A stretch of DNA of 64,000 nt from an uncultured virus (IMG/VR IMGVR_UViG_3300027127_000005) (IMGVR_UViG_3300027127_000005:1-64000); one strand, 5' to 3'. Shown: positions 35,101 through 46,179, numbered from the stretch's first letter. Numbers and translations: made by a program. Notes: generated by a model from the sequence alone, not told the origin.

Positions 35101-38100
35101 AAAATGCTTCCATAATCCTTTGTGCTCGTTCAGTCATAGTGCCTCCAATTCATCAGCAAGTTCAATAAAATCGTCAGCATTCAATTCGGCAAGACCATAA
35201 CTATCCCATTCAAAACAATTAGCAATCTCACGAATAGCAGCAGCAACTCCATCCTTTGGAAAGTTGTAAGTATCCTCTGCTTCGTATGCTTTCATAATCC
35301 TTTTTGCTCTTTCAGTCATTTCAGTTCTGGTGTTGTTTGAGGTGAAGTTTCAGTGAAATCAAGATAACAATTGTATTCTGAACCCCAGTTATGAATTTTT
35401 AGTGTTTTGCCAGAGAGGAATGTGATTTCAAGATACTCTCCATATGCAGTATCATAAAGAGAATAATCCTTGATGTCTCCACTTTCTTTCAGAACTTCCA
35501 ACTCTTCAGGATGTCTGATTTTAAATTTTTCTGAGGTCATCAGGTGTCTGTGTCTATGAGAGTATTATAAGGCAAAACACACCCCATCACAAGGAGGAGT
35601 GTGCCAGTTCTTTAAGTGTCCAAATTGTAAATATACTCTACATTTTTTTTATTTCTTGCTCTGGAGTTGATATCTTGAAGTGCTCCATCATAAGTTTCAT
35701 AAAAACCAACAAATGAAGAACTTCTTGGATATATATTTTCCCAAAAAAAGAATAATACTCTTTCTTGTGGATAATATATTGCTCCCAAAACATCGTGATT
35801 TACTTTTTTAATACGATACTTATTCATAATGTCTTTGTGTCTATGAGAGTATTATAGGGCATCCACAAGGTCTGTGGTAAGGTCAGTGGTCAGTTTGGGA
35901 AGTGTCCTTATTTGTCGTGAAACCAATTGTAAGCAATCATCCACAATACTCCCCAAGCAGTTCCAAACATAAACCACAAAACATACTGTGGAAAGAACAA
36001 AGCAACTAACAGAACACCAAACCAAAGTGAAGGAACATAGATTGTTTTTAGAGATTTGATGTATTTGAGTAGTTTAGTCATAGTTATAATCAGTAGGATA
36101 AGAGGAGTTCAGGGATACACTTTCTTGGTGACTTTCCCAACCATTTTCATTACCCATTTCATAAATTGCTTGGGCAAACTCAATAAAATCTTCGGGAGTT
36201 CCGAAATATTCAGAACAACTACCATCGTCTCTCAATCCACCCTCTTGAAAGTGAAATCTTACAAGTTCAAGAATTTGTTCGTCAGTCATAAGTACCTCAT
36301 CATTCGTGAGTAAGAATAGTTGCAAGTAGAAGGGTCTTCTGCGTCAAAAGAGGTTTTACATTCCTCATTTACTTTACGCATCGTTTCTTCAAAGATAATG
36401 TCCTTTTCCAGTTCGTAGGGTGATGCTACTTTGAGATAGGTTTGATACTGATACTCGTTGAGGTCTTTGGATGGAATGTATCCCTTATATGAGATGATTT
36501 GTTGAATTGCTTTTTTAGTTGGTTCTTCCCAGTCCTCTTTGAAGTTGAACATTATTCATTTCTCATCAAAAAATTTACCATTAAATCTACCGGGATAAAG
36601 TTTTTGAACACCACCCCGTCCATACTTGATTTCACATTCTAACTGAATAACATAAACATAAACTGATTTAGGAACTTTGAAGTGTTCCAGTTCTCTGGTC
36701 TCCTGATTATAGCAGGAAATATGACAAGTCATTTTTTAATTCCCCCCACCTTTTTCAGTTACTTTTTTTATCCATTCTCTTTCTTTTTCAACCCTGTCTT
36801 TTGTCAAAATTTCATATTGTTCGTCGGTAGGAATAGGAGGAAGTTTTACCCATCCAGAAGGTGTTCCACACATAAAATCTCCATCACTCCACATCCACAG
36901 AGTTCCATCGGCACATAATGCTCTATTTCCAGAGATTTGTATAGGTGTTCTTTCAGTCATTCTTCTATCCTTTCATAATCAGCAAAACCATCTGGATTTA
37001 GATGTCCTACTGTGAGTTTGATACTTGTTCCAGTAAGTTCGTGTTGAAGAACAACTCTATGAGAATACTGCTCCATTACAACATAAACATCATTAGAGTT
37101 CTTATGTTTCCATTTAGAACCTATTGGTATTTCAGTCATTCTTCATTCTCCACAAAGTTTAAGTGCTGGAACTTTTTCGTGAGTTGTATCCTTGGTCCAA
37201 GAAAATACCTCTTCGTGTTTTCCATAATACCAAGCATCATGATAGTCCAGTAAGATTTCAAGTTCTTCAAAATGACTAACATCATCTACTCCACCCTCAT
37301 AACCACGAACAACCACTCTCAAATCTTGTGGATACTCTTTAAGTTTTTCAATCAATTCAGCAACAGTCATTCTTGCCACCCCTCAAAGTATTCTGTGAAA
37401 AAGTTAAAACTCAAACCAACCTTACCAACTTGAAAATCTACTCCAAGAAAAGAAGAAGAAGTAAGAAATGAGAGCATGATGTGTAATCCACCATTACTAT
37501 GAACTAACCTACTGGGGTTCTCATAATTCACCCAAAGTAATGAAAGATTTTTGATGATGCCAAACTGCCAGGTGTGGTCAGTATCCCCATCATCCCAAAC
37601 TTTTTTGTCATATTGAAAAAATTTCACTGTGGGTCTCCAATAAGTCCAGTAGTTCCAAAAGTATCAAATGTAGTATCTTCCATCCACTTTCTCAAATCAA
37701 CGATTTCATACCAGTCATATCTATACTTTGATTTTGATGATATTTCCTCCCATTTTTCTTGTGCTTCCTCTTTAGTTTCATAACAAGCAATCCAATCACC
37801 AGTATAAGCAGAAGGGTAATAGTTGTCCCCCGCAATCAAAAGATAAGGTTTCATTTCTCCACCTTTTGGCAAATACCAGTATCAGGAAGAACTCCAAGAA
37901 TATGTGTGGCAAATATAACTCCACCAAGCATTACAGTTGGAGCAATCAGAAGAAACAATAGAATGCTAAGAGGCATAGCAAGGTAATCTTGAAAAAAGTA
38001 TTTCATCGGTCAAAGTATCCAGAAGGTTTGTAATCACTAATGTATTGAGTTTTTAGTTGAATATCAAATGGGTCAATATCAGGGTGTTTTTCTTTGATGA

Positions 38101-38640
38101 AGGTTTTACACTCATCACGGGTAGAAAAGGCACAGAGAATGTTTCCATGATAAAGTGCGACTTCAATTGCTTCAATCATTCTTCTACCTCAAATCCACCA
38201 ATACCAATATCTACAAAGGTAGAACCATCTACATCCTCAAAGAGTTGGAAGTCAAAATCACCTTCGTAAAAGTGATACTTATGCCCATCTGTGATTTTTA
38301 CTTCTTTGTCTTGTGGAAACTCTTTGAGTTTCTCAATCCATTCAGCAACAGTCATTAGTAATCACCCTCCTCCACAGGAAATAGTTCATCATACTCTTCA
38401 TCAGTCAGAGTGAGATACTGAACATCAGCATCTTGGTGTTCTTCGGCATACACCATACGGTAATGATTGAATTGGTTGAGGTCTGTGCTGCCGTATTCTA
38501 CGACACCATCAACAAGACACAAATAATTGAGAGACATCGGTTTGGTTTCTTATAAGGTTATTATACGACAAAGGGCACCTGTTTTCAAGTGCCCCTGTGA
38601 CGGTTTGGAAAGTGTCCCTGTGACGGTTTGGAAAGTGTCC

Positions 38641-39405
38641 CTATGATATTCGTTTTCTTTTAGAAGTGTCTATATCTCTCTTTTTTTGATATGTTGAAAG
38701 AGCACCAGCATTACTAATATAACCTGTTTCAAGACACATCCATCTTTGAGAATTTACTTTTTGAATAATTTTTAACCTTTCTTCTTTTGGTATAGAAAAG
38801 GCACCGATTTTTAGTTCATAGGTTTTTTTACCACCCATTTTACCATCTTTTGATTTCTCATCTTCTGTCCTACTATGAATACCTTTACCAAGTTCTTTAC
38901 ACTTATTTCCACCCATTTTAGCAACTTCAACTCTTTCTTCTTTTGTAAAATTGTGAATACCGACTTTCAATTCTACAAATTTATTTCCAACTTCTTTTCC
39001 AATATTTTGTCTCAAAATTCTAACATCTTCACTAATATTACCCATCTTTTCTCTGGTTTCTATTGAATGAACTCTCCCTTTATTTTTTTCAGTAATTATC
39101 TCACTAAATCTATTTCTACATTTTTCATAAAGATAAGAATTGTAATATCTTTTGTTATTTTTCATTCTCATATGAGCATTAGTCATTTTGTGAGTTTTAT
39201 AATGATGAACACCATATCTCACTATACATATTTTTTCAAGTAGTGCGTGAGCAACATAATGTTCTCTTGAAGTAAGAACTACAACTCTATTATTCTTTCC
39301 GTAAATACTTACTGGAAAGATGTGGTGTTTTTCTGTATATCCATCAGGTGGAGTTCTGTTCTCTGCTTTCCTGATGAGATTACAATAAACTTTTAGATAG
39401 TTCAT
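38641..39405 (-). CDS. HNH (MobE-like) homing endonuclease
   Basis: YTEKHHIFP...NNRVVVLTSREHYVAHALL; C-terminal QRWMCLETG module; start MNYLKV follows a late promoter. Confidence 0.85.
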   Translation of the reverse strand: MNYLKVYCNLIRKAENRTPPDGYTEKHHIFPVSIYGKNNRVVVLTSREHYVAHALLEKICIVRYGVHHYKTHKMTNAHMRMKNNKRYYNSYLYEKCRNRFSEIITEKNKGRVHSIETREKMGNISEDVRILRQNIGKEVGNKFVELKVGIHNFTKEERVEVAKMGGNKCKELGKGIHSRTEDEKSKDGKMGGKKTYELKIGAFSIPKEERLKIIQKVNSQRWMCLETGYISNAGALSTYQKKRDIDTSKRKRIS

Positions 39406-39500
39406 TTCTACTCTGTAAGTCGCAATACTATTTATACAAGAAAAGGTGCCCGAAAGCACCTCTTCCACCTATAATGCGACTTACAGGTATTGTTATTTAG
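39406..39500 (-). promoter_or_regulatory. Tandem late promoter / terminated small RNA / complementary leader module (copy 3)
   Basis: CTAAATA - ctgtaagtcgca - ggtgctttcgggcacc-TTTTCTT - TATAAATA - tgcgacttacag - ATG. Confidence 0.7.
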
Positions 39501-40045
39501 TCATTCTACAATCAAACAATAACGACACTGAAAACTAAAAGTTTCTTTTTGCCAGATTTTCTTCACACCATTTTCTTCCCAAGAATACACAACTTCATAA
39601 CAAGGGTCTGTGCTCCCATAAGAATTGAGACCTTCAACAGTCACATAACCTTTGGAACCATCTGCCCGTGCCCAACGAGAACCAACTTGGATTTCGTGTG
39701 GTTTGAAGAAATGACGGACCACTGCTTTGCGTCCATCTATGATTTCGGTTTCATAGTTCATTTTAGTTCTCCATAAAGTTCAAGAATACGACGAGCAACT
39801 ACGATCGCAAGTTGTTTGTTCCCAATAGACACACATTCGGTGATACTTTTAGTTGTTGAATCGTGGTTCTTTTCAGTGTATTCAATATACACCCCACCAT
39901 TATCTGCTTGAAGTTTTGCAGTATGAGTTACACCTTCTGCTTCATCAGTGAGTTCATAAACATCAGTGGTGCTATGAAGAATTTCAGTTCCAGGAATAAG
40001 TCTGTAGAAGTCGGTCATCGGTTTGTTGTCTATGAGAGTATTATG

Positions 40046-40330
40046 TCAAATGTAACGAGGAGAACTTATTTCAGTCCAAGGAAGAGTTTTTAGTTCTTCA
40101 TATGTAAATTGAATACCATCATCAAGTCGTGCTTCATTTTTATAGAGATAGAACTGCTTGAAATTCACAACAGTTCCTCTCAAATCACCATATTCATCTA
40201 CTTGATAAACAAGAACATCACAATACTTATTTCTATCATAAGTCAGGATTGTTGCCTTACGAATAGGTGCTTTTTCTCCCGCAACATCACCATAAGATGG
40301 AATAGGATAATCAGTAAAGGCATCAAGCAT
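40046..40330 (-). CDS. hypothetical protein (paralog of 6126..6392)
   Basis: High similarity to 6126..6392, including the upstream promoter/RBS. Confidence 0.8.
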   Translation of the reverse strand: MLDAFTDYPIPSYGDVAGEKAPIRKATILTYDRNKYCDVLVYQVDEYGDLRGTVVNFKQFYLYKNEARLDDGIQFTYEELKTLPWTEISSPRYI

Positions 40331-40988
40331 TTGGAGTTCCTTTGTGTATGAGAGTATTATAGTGCAAAAAGGGCACCTGTGGAGTGCCCCTGTGCCAGTT
40401 CTTCAAGTGTCCTGATAATACATCCCCTGTCCATCAAAAATATAATCAGGTTGAGAATACTCTAAACCACTTTCATATAACTTTGTTTCTCCTTCTGTAT
40501 AAACCTCAAAAGAATGAGTTTTCAAGTATTCTTCCATTTGTTCGTGGATTTTTACTCCCCGTTTATATGCTTCTGCTTCTTCAGGAACTACACTATCAAT
40601 AGCAGCACGGAGAGCAGCAGTAATACCTCCTTGCTGATAGTTTGGGGGCAATTCACGATAGAAGGCATCTACAACTGCTTGTGCTTCAGGAGTAAGTTCA
40701 GTCATCGGTTAGGATTGATGTAATTGGGCAGTTGAAAGTTGATGTAAGGTCTTACCTGATTTCCATTCTCATCATAGATACCATCAAAGTCAATCTCTGC
40801 ATGAGTGTCGCAATCATAACTATAAAAATCAAAAGAGGCATTATAACGACGCAGGAGTTCCTCAAAGTCCCTCATAAATGCGTCGGTGATTTGTTGTTGG
40901 TCAGTCATCGGTTTGGTTGCTTATGAAGTCATTATACAACGAAAAAGGGCACCTGTGGAGATGCCCTGTGCCAGTTCTTCAAGTGTCC

Positions 40989-41774
40989 TTATGATACTCT
41001 AACTCGTTTGGAAGTATCTATACCTTGTTTCTTTTGATATATTGAAAGTGGTCCTGGTGTTGTTATATATCCCGTCTCAAGACACATCCATCTTTGAGTA
41101 CCTGTAGTTTTCCCTCCTTTCTTACCACCTTTACTTCCACCTATTTTACCACCATTAGAAGATATAATTTTTCTTTCCTCTTTAGTTAGAGCAAATATTC
41201 CTACTCCAAGTTCTTTTGTTTTTGTACCACCTTTTTTACCATCTTCAGTCATTTTTTCTTTACTTCTTCCAGCAACTCCAATACCAAGTTCGCAATTTCT
41301 TTTACCTACTTTACTTGAAAGTTTTGTTCTTTCTTCTGGAGGTACGGAAAAACAACCTATTGCTTTTTCAAAAGTTTTTCTTCCTATTTCACTTCTTTCT
41401 TCTGGTGTTAAGGCAAACAAACCTCTTTTTTCTTCATACATTTTTTTACCTGTTTTTTGTCCATTTTTTCTAGAAACATCAATAGAAAACTTTCCACCAC
41501 ATGCTTCGTTAAGACACCATTTATCAGTATTAAAAACTGGTCTAATTAATCTTTCTTCAATATCTAATGCTTCTAACCAACCTTCATCTGTGAAGTTAAA
41601 AAGTTGAAGTATCTGCTTTTTAGGAGTATAAAAATTCCACATCCACTTATGAGTTTCAGGAGAACCCATATAGTATTCATTAAACTTCTTCTCTTTATGA
41701 ACACCATAATAGTAATACAAAACTTCCTCAAAGATAATCTTGTATATGTAAATTCTTGGACTTTGTGCAGTCAT
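40989..41774 (-). CDS. Seg-like GIY-YIG homing endonuclease
   Basis: IYIY...YYYGVH...YMGS...E...CLN; KKGG repeats; C-terminal QRWMCLETG...GIDTSKR. Confidence 0.75.
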   Translation of the reverse strand: MTAQSPRIYIYKIIFEEVLYYYYGVHKEKKFNEYYMGSPETHKWMWNFYTPKKQILQLFNFTDEGWLEALDIEERLIRPVFNTDKWCLNEACGGKFSIDVSRKNGQKTGKKMYEEKRGLFALTPEERSEIGRKTFEKAIGCFSVPPEERTKLSSKVGKRNCELGIGVAGRSKEKMTEDGKKGGTKTKELGVGIFALTKEERKIISSNGGKIGGSKGGKKGGKTTGTQRWMCLETGYITTPGPLSIYQKKQGIDTSKRVRVS

Positions 41775-41883
41775 AGTTCTTTCTGTTACAGTTCGCAATA
41801 ATATTTATACAAGAAAAGAGGACATTTCTGCCCTCTAATCTTTACCTGATAAGGTGCGAACTATAACAGGTACTATTATTTAT
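41775..41883 (-). promoter_or_regulatory. Tandem late promoter / terminated small RNA / complementary leader module (copy 4)
   Basis: ATAAATA - ctgttatagttcgca - gagggcagaaatgtcctc-TTTTCTT - TATAAATA - tgcgaactgtaacag - ATG. Confidence 0.75.
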
Positions 41884-42130
41884 TCAACAATTGAACATAA
41901 AGGGAACACTCGCACACTTGAAATAAATCCTGGTTTTGTATATTTGTCCTTATAGTTTGAAGCAAAAATTCGTGCTTCATTTTGAGTTTCAAAAACTCCA
42001 AAGTATCGGTGAAGTCCCTCTACACCTTCATATTTGTTATAAAGTCCCACTATCCACTTATGAGAATGTTCTGGATATGAATCATTTTCGGCAATCCAGT
42101 CGTAGTATGCGTCCTTATTCATTTCAGTTT

Positions 42131-42412
42131 TCATTGTGTTACCTCAGTAGTAGTTACTGGTGGTGGAGGTGGTGGCAGTATAGCAGGTTGTGGTGCTACT
42201 GTTTGAACTGTAGGTTGTGGGAGATTTACAGGTTCTGGAGCAACTTGTGGTTGTTGTGTTTGTTCAAGTTTCTTTTCCAGTTCCATTACCTTTTGGTCCA
42301 ATGGAGTCAAAGGAACTTCTTTTTGTGAATCTGCCAGTTTCCAACCAGTAGCACCAGCAGCAAAGATACTGGCAAGAGCAGCAACAACAGAAACAGTCTT
42401 AGAAAAACTCAT
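42131..42412 (-). CDS. membrane-anchored proline-rich protein
   Basis: N-terminal hydrophobic helix followed by a Pro/Gln-rich tail. Confidence 0.7.
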   Translation of the reverse strand: MSFSKTVSVVAALASIFAAGATGWKLADSQKEVPLTPLDQKVMELEKKLEQTQQPQVAPEPVNLPQPTVQTVAPQPAILPPPPPPVTTTEVTQ

Positions 42413-42598
42413 TTTGAATCAGCAATTTTGTAAGGGAACTCTTCGTCCGACAACTCATCATACAGCAGTCGGGCAAAAATTAGGTGGGGTCTTGTGCCAC
42501 TTTCAATTGCGGAACTGGTGGCAACAGTCCAAAAAATATCAAGTTCGTGTTTTGGTGGAAGAGGTTTCATAAATTTTAAAATTACACCTATTATTATA

Positions 42599-43366
42599 TC
42601 ATAAAATTTGACGAACTTTCCATCCTTTATGTTGTTTTAACTTTCCCCTTAACACTTTTGAAAGGCAAGAAGAATCTAATCCATATTTTTTACCAAATTT
42701 CATCAAAGTAGTAAATTCCTCTATAATTTCTCCATTAGGTGAAGTAAAAAGAAAATGTCTTCTCTGCAAATTTGAAATTGTGTTTCTATGTTCTTCACTT
42801 AAAATTTTATTTTTCATTTTTCTTTTTGTTTCTTCACTTATTTTTTTCCCAATATTTGCTTGTCTTATTTTTTCTTTAGTTTCTTCAGTATGCAATCTAC
42901 CCTTACTACATTTACTTATTTTTTCTCTTGTTTCTTTGGATATATTTTTTTTAGATTCTCTCATTTTCCTTTTAGTTTCTTCCGTATGAAATTTACCAGT
43001 CATAGATTTACTTTTTTTTATTCTAGTTTTTAAGGAATAAACTCTATTTTTTGATGATTCACTTATTTTTTTTAATGCTTCTTCAGAAAAATTTGAAGAA
43101 CCTTGCCCACCATCAGTCCTATTGAGTAAAATACCAGTTTTCAAATTTTTCCTACCAAAAATCGCAATCATATAAATTTCGTGTCTAAATGCTTCTTCTT
43201 CGGTTAAATTTTGCTTTAATAATATTACTCTTGATTTATCTTTAGGTGGTTTTATGTCAGTTTTTTTCCTACTATAATATCTTCTTCCACTACCTTTACC
43301 TATGTAATAAGGAGTCCTATCTTCTCTTAAATACGCATAGGTATAAAATCTTTTAGGATTTACCAT
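42599..43366 (-). CDS. GIY-YIG homing endonuclease with NUMOD3 repeats
   Basis: FYTYAY...PYYIGKG...E...LLNRTDGG; repeated HTEETKxKM; C-terminal HTH-like segment with HKGW. Confidence 0.9.
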   Translation of the reverse strand: MVNPKRFYTYAYLREDRTPYYIGKGSGRRYYSRKKTDIKPPKDKSRVILLKQNLTEEEAFRHEIYMIAIFGRKNLKTGILLNRTDGGQGSSNFSEEALKKISESSKNRVYSLKTRIKKSKSMTGKFHTEETKRKMRESKKNISKETREKISKCSKGRLHTEETKEKIRQANIGKKISEETKRKMKNKILSEEHRNTISNLQRRHFLFTSPNGEIIEEFTTLMKFGKKYGLDSSCLSKVLRGKLKQHKGWKVRQIL

Positions 43367-43470
43367 AACTGCTCTTAACTTGGTGGTTATTAGTATTTAT
43401 ACAGGAAAAGCACTCGAAAGTGCTTTATCCCAACCCGAAAAGAACCACCAAGTCAGGCATTTTTATTTAT
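43367..43470 (-). promoter_or_regulatory. Tandem late promoter / terminated small RNA / complementary leader module (copy 5)
   Basis: ATAAATA - acttggtggtt - aagcactttcgagtgc-TTTTCC - TATAAATA - aaccaccaagt - ATG. Confidence 0.7.
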
Positions 43471-43485
43471 CAGGTAGTTTCTTCA

Positions 43486-43797
43486 TCATCCAACTACTCT
43501 CCAACAAACAGTTGCATTTCCATTATTAACATTTGCAATCTTACGAAATGCTCCATAACTCATATCCATATCAGCGTGAGAATATGGACCTCTATCAGTC
43601 ACGGTCACATAAACTTGTTTCCTATTGTCTTGATTTGTAATCCGAAGTCGTGTTCCAAACTTAAGATAAGGATGGGCTACGGTATGGGCATAAGCATCAA
43701 ATCTTTTTCCTGATGCAGTTCTCTGACCATCAAAACCATCACCTACTCCATAGTAAGTTGCAATTCCACAAGTCAGTCCAGCAATCAATCCAATCAT
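43486..43797 (-). CDS. rlpA: RlpA-like (DPBB) lytic transglycosylase
   Basis: ATYYG...GQRTASGKRFD...AHPYLKFGT.LRITN...VTVTDRGPY...DMSYGAF. Confidence 0.85.
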   Translation of the reverse strand: MIGLIAGLTCGIATYYGVGDGFDGQRTASGKRFDAYAHTVAHPYLKFGTRLRITNQDNRKQVYVTVTDRGPYSHADMDMSYGAFRKIANVNNGNATVCWRVVG

Positions 43798-45411
43798 TCT
43801 TTGTCCAACTCCTCATCAAGTTTCAAATCATCAATCAAATTACCTACAAGGTCATCAAGGTCATCAAACATTTCTTTGGTGAATGGAATCAGTTTCTCTT
43901 CACCTCTATCAATTCTATCACACATTTCTATCAGGTATTCAAGAAACTCTTTAGGATATGTTTCATCTAGATTGATAGAAGTCCAGAACCAATTATAACA
44001 TTCTTCATATGGGTCGTCAGTTTTCAGCAGAGCATAATCCTTATAGTTTCCACTGATAAGGTCTCTCCACATCTTGAAGTTATTTCCTACCTCCCTCCAA
44101 CCAGTTTGCAGGCAGTGACCGAAATAATACTCAAACCAATTCAGTTTTGTCTTCATCTATTTGCTCCAGTCGTTCCCAATTCCAAGTACGCTCAATAAAT
44201 CCAACATCAAATCCGAACTTATATACCCAGAACAAAATACTCAGCAGACCACTACTACCAAAAGTGATTTGAATGTAGGGCCAAGAAGGAAAATCATTCC
44301 AACTTACAGATGTTTGAAGAAGTGCCCAACGGTCTGTAAAGAAGAATTGAACGTACCATTCGTGCCCAAAATCTTCACGATAAAACCATTTAGCAACTTG
44401 AAAAAATTTCATTGTTTCAGTTCCTCAGCAAGTTGCAACATATCGTTCTTATCTAGAACAATCAAATCGTTTTGTGCCGTATAAGATATCACATAGTTAC
44501 TAGCAAGTGAAAGAATAGCAGCAACTAACTTTTCTTCAGTATTAGCACCTTGATTAGTTCTCTGCTCCCACACAGCACTCATAAACTCTTTTGCTCTTTC
44601 ATTCATTTTTTATTTTTCTTTTCTTCAGTTTGAGGTTTTGGTTGAGTATAAGGGATTCTACCAGTTTCATTATACATCAGAATATCATACTTGAACTTAC
44701 ATTCAAGTGGTTTCTGATTACACATTTTAAGTGCATTATTAGTAATTGTATTTACAGAAGTTGCACCACCAATAGCAAATCCAGCAATTGCAGTTAGAAT
44801 CAGAACTGGATAAGCAATGATAGATTTAATAAACATAATTTCAATCCCAAGAAACGTTTTGAACAAGGAAACCTGGCATCACATAAGTCAAACCAGTGCT
44901 AGAAGGTTTGTAATCCCATTTATACTCGTACTTATTATGACTATCCCAAGTTACGAATCCTTTTTCTTTATCAAATCGTGATTTAATTGTCAAACTAAAA
45001 CGATTTGAGTAAATGTTGCGTGTGCGAAGTGCTCCACCTTTCTCACGAGTTTCAACTACTTTACATACATCTGTTATAAATTGGGTCGATGTTTCTACTG
45101 CACACGAAGTTTCGTAGGCAAACGATCGATGAGTTTTCTGTTCTTGTGCAAATACAGGAGAAGTCAGAAAAAGAGAAGAAAGAAGAAGAATGCTTTTCAT
45201 AATCATTTAACAATTTGCCAGTTAAAATCTTGTGTTTTGTTTAGAGTGAATTTGTATTTTCCATTCACTGATGTCAGGAACATAGTTCCATCTTTTTCAT
45301 CATCTACATAGCAACTATGTAGATTATCCATCTCTACATCAAACCTGACTTTTGCCAGATTTGACACAGGTTCTACACAAACAAATTTACGTTTAGTTGC
45401 AGTTGCCATAA

Positions 45412-45819
45412 TCACTTATTCATTTGGAGAGTAGGAACAGGCATACCACCTTCAGTAGGCACATAGATGGTTACATTACCATTCTTACTGCCATCTTCGA
45501 TACCAGTGATATACAGATACTGAAGATACTCACGATTGTCCTTCAGACTATCACCGATGATTTGGTTTGCCTTGGCAACACCAGAAGCACGGATGATTTC
45601 AGCATCAGCAAGTTGTTGAGCACTATCTTTCTTTGCTTGTGCTTCCAGAACCGCAACCTGACGAGTGTATTCTGCCTTTTGCAGTTCTGCTTTACCAGCA
45701 AGAGATTGTTGCCACACATTATACATTGGTCCACCAATAAACAGCAGAGCAATAACAACTACAAACCCAACACCAAATACAATGGCAACAGGGGTGTTGG
45801 GATCATCGTAACGATTCAT
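45412..45819 (-). CDS. membrane protein with coiled coil (band 7/SPFH C-terminal-like)
   Basis: TM helix then 'EIIRASGVAKANQIIGDSL...YLQYLYI...IYVPTE'. Confidence 0.6.
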   Translation of the reverse strand: MNRYDDPNTPVAIVFGVGFVVVIALLFIGGPMYNVWQQSLAGKAELQKAEYTRQVAVLEAQAKKDSAQQLADAEIIRASGVAKANQIIGDSLKDNREYLQYLYITGIEDGSKNGNVTIYVPTEGGMPVPTLQMNK

Positions 45820-45838
45820 AATTTACCTCAAATAAAGT

Positions 45839-46177
45839 TCAGGGAGTAATCCAATCGTAACTACCAGGAGTTTCTACACTCTCATTCCCATCATATTCAT
45901 CAATACGATAAGGACCAGAGACCTCAGCAATAGCAAGTTTAGCACACATTCCGTCTGCTTTGGCACCCATTTCTTCTACAACTTGAACAAGAATAGGATC
46001 GTGACGGGAAATATCATAATCACCATAGTATTTGTGACTGTTGAACATACTCTTGGAGTTTGGGACATATTCTGGATTGGGTTTCAATCCATCATAACCC
46101 AATTCAATCATTCGGTCCATTGCCTCATTAGAGAGACCGAACCCACCGTAGCAGGCATTATATACTACTTTAGTCAT
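45839..46177 (-). CDS. conserved phage hypothetical protein
   Basis: KVVYNACYGGFGLS...RHDPILVQVVEE...IDEYDGNESV pattern. Confidence 0.8.
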   Translation of the reverse strand: MTKVVYNACYGGFGLSNEAMDRMIELGYDGLKPNPEYVPNSKSMFNSHKYYGDYDISRHDPILVQVVEEMGAKADGMCAKLAIAEVSGPYRIDEYDGNESVETPGSYDWITP

Positions 46178-46179
46178 AA

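Noticed and set aside
42495..42530. GTGCCAC...GTGGCA as another dyad promoter
   Set aside because: Wrong half-site spacing, no -10 box at 30 nt, and it lies within a small ORF
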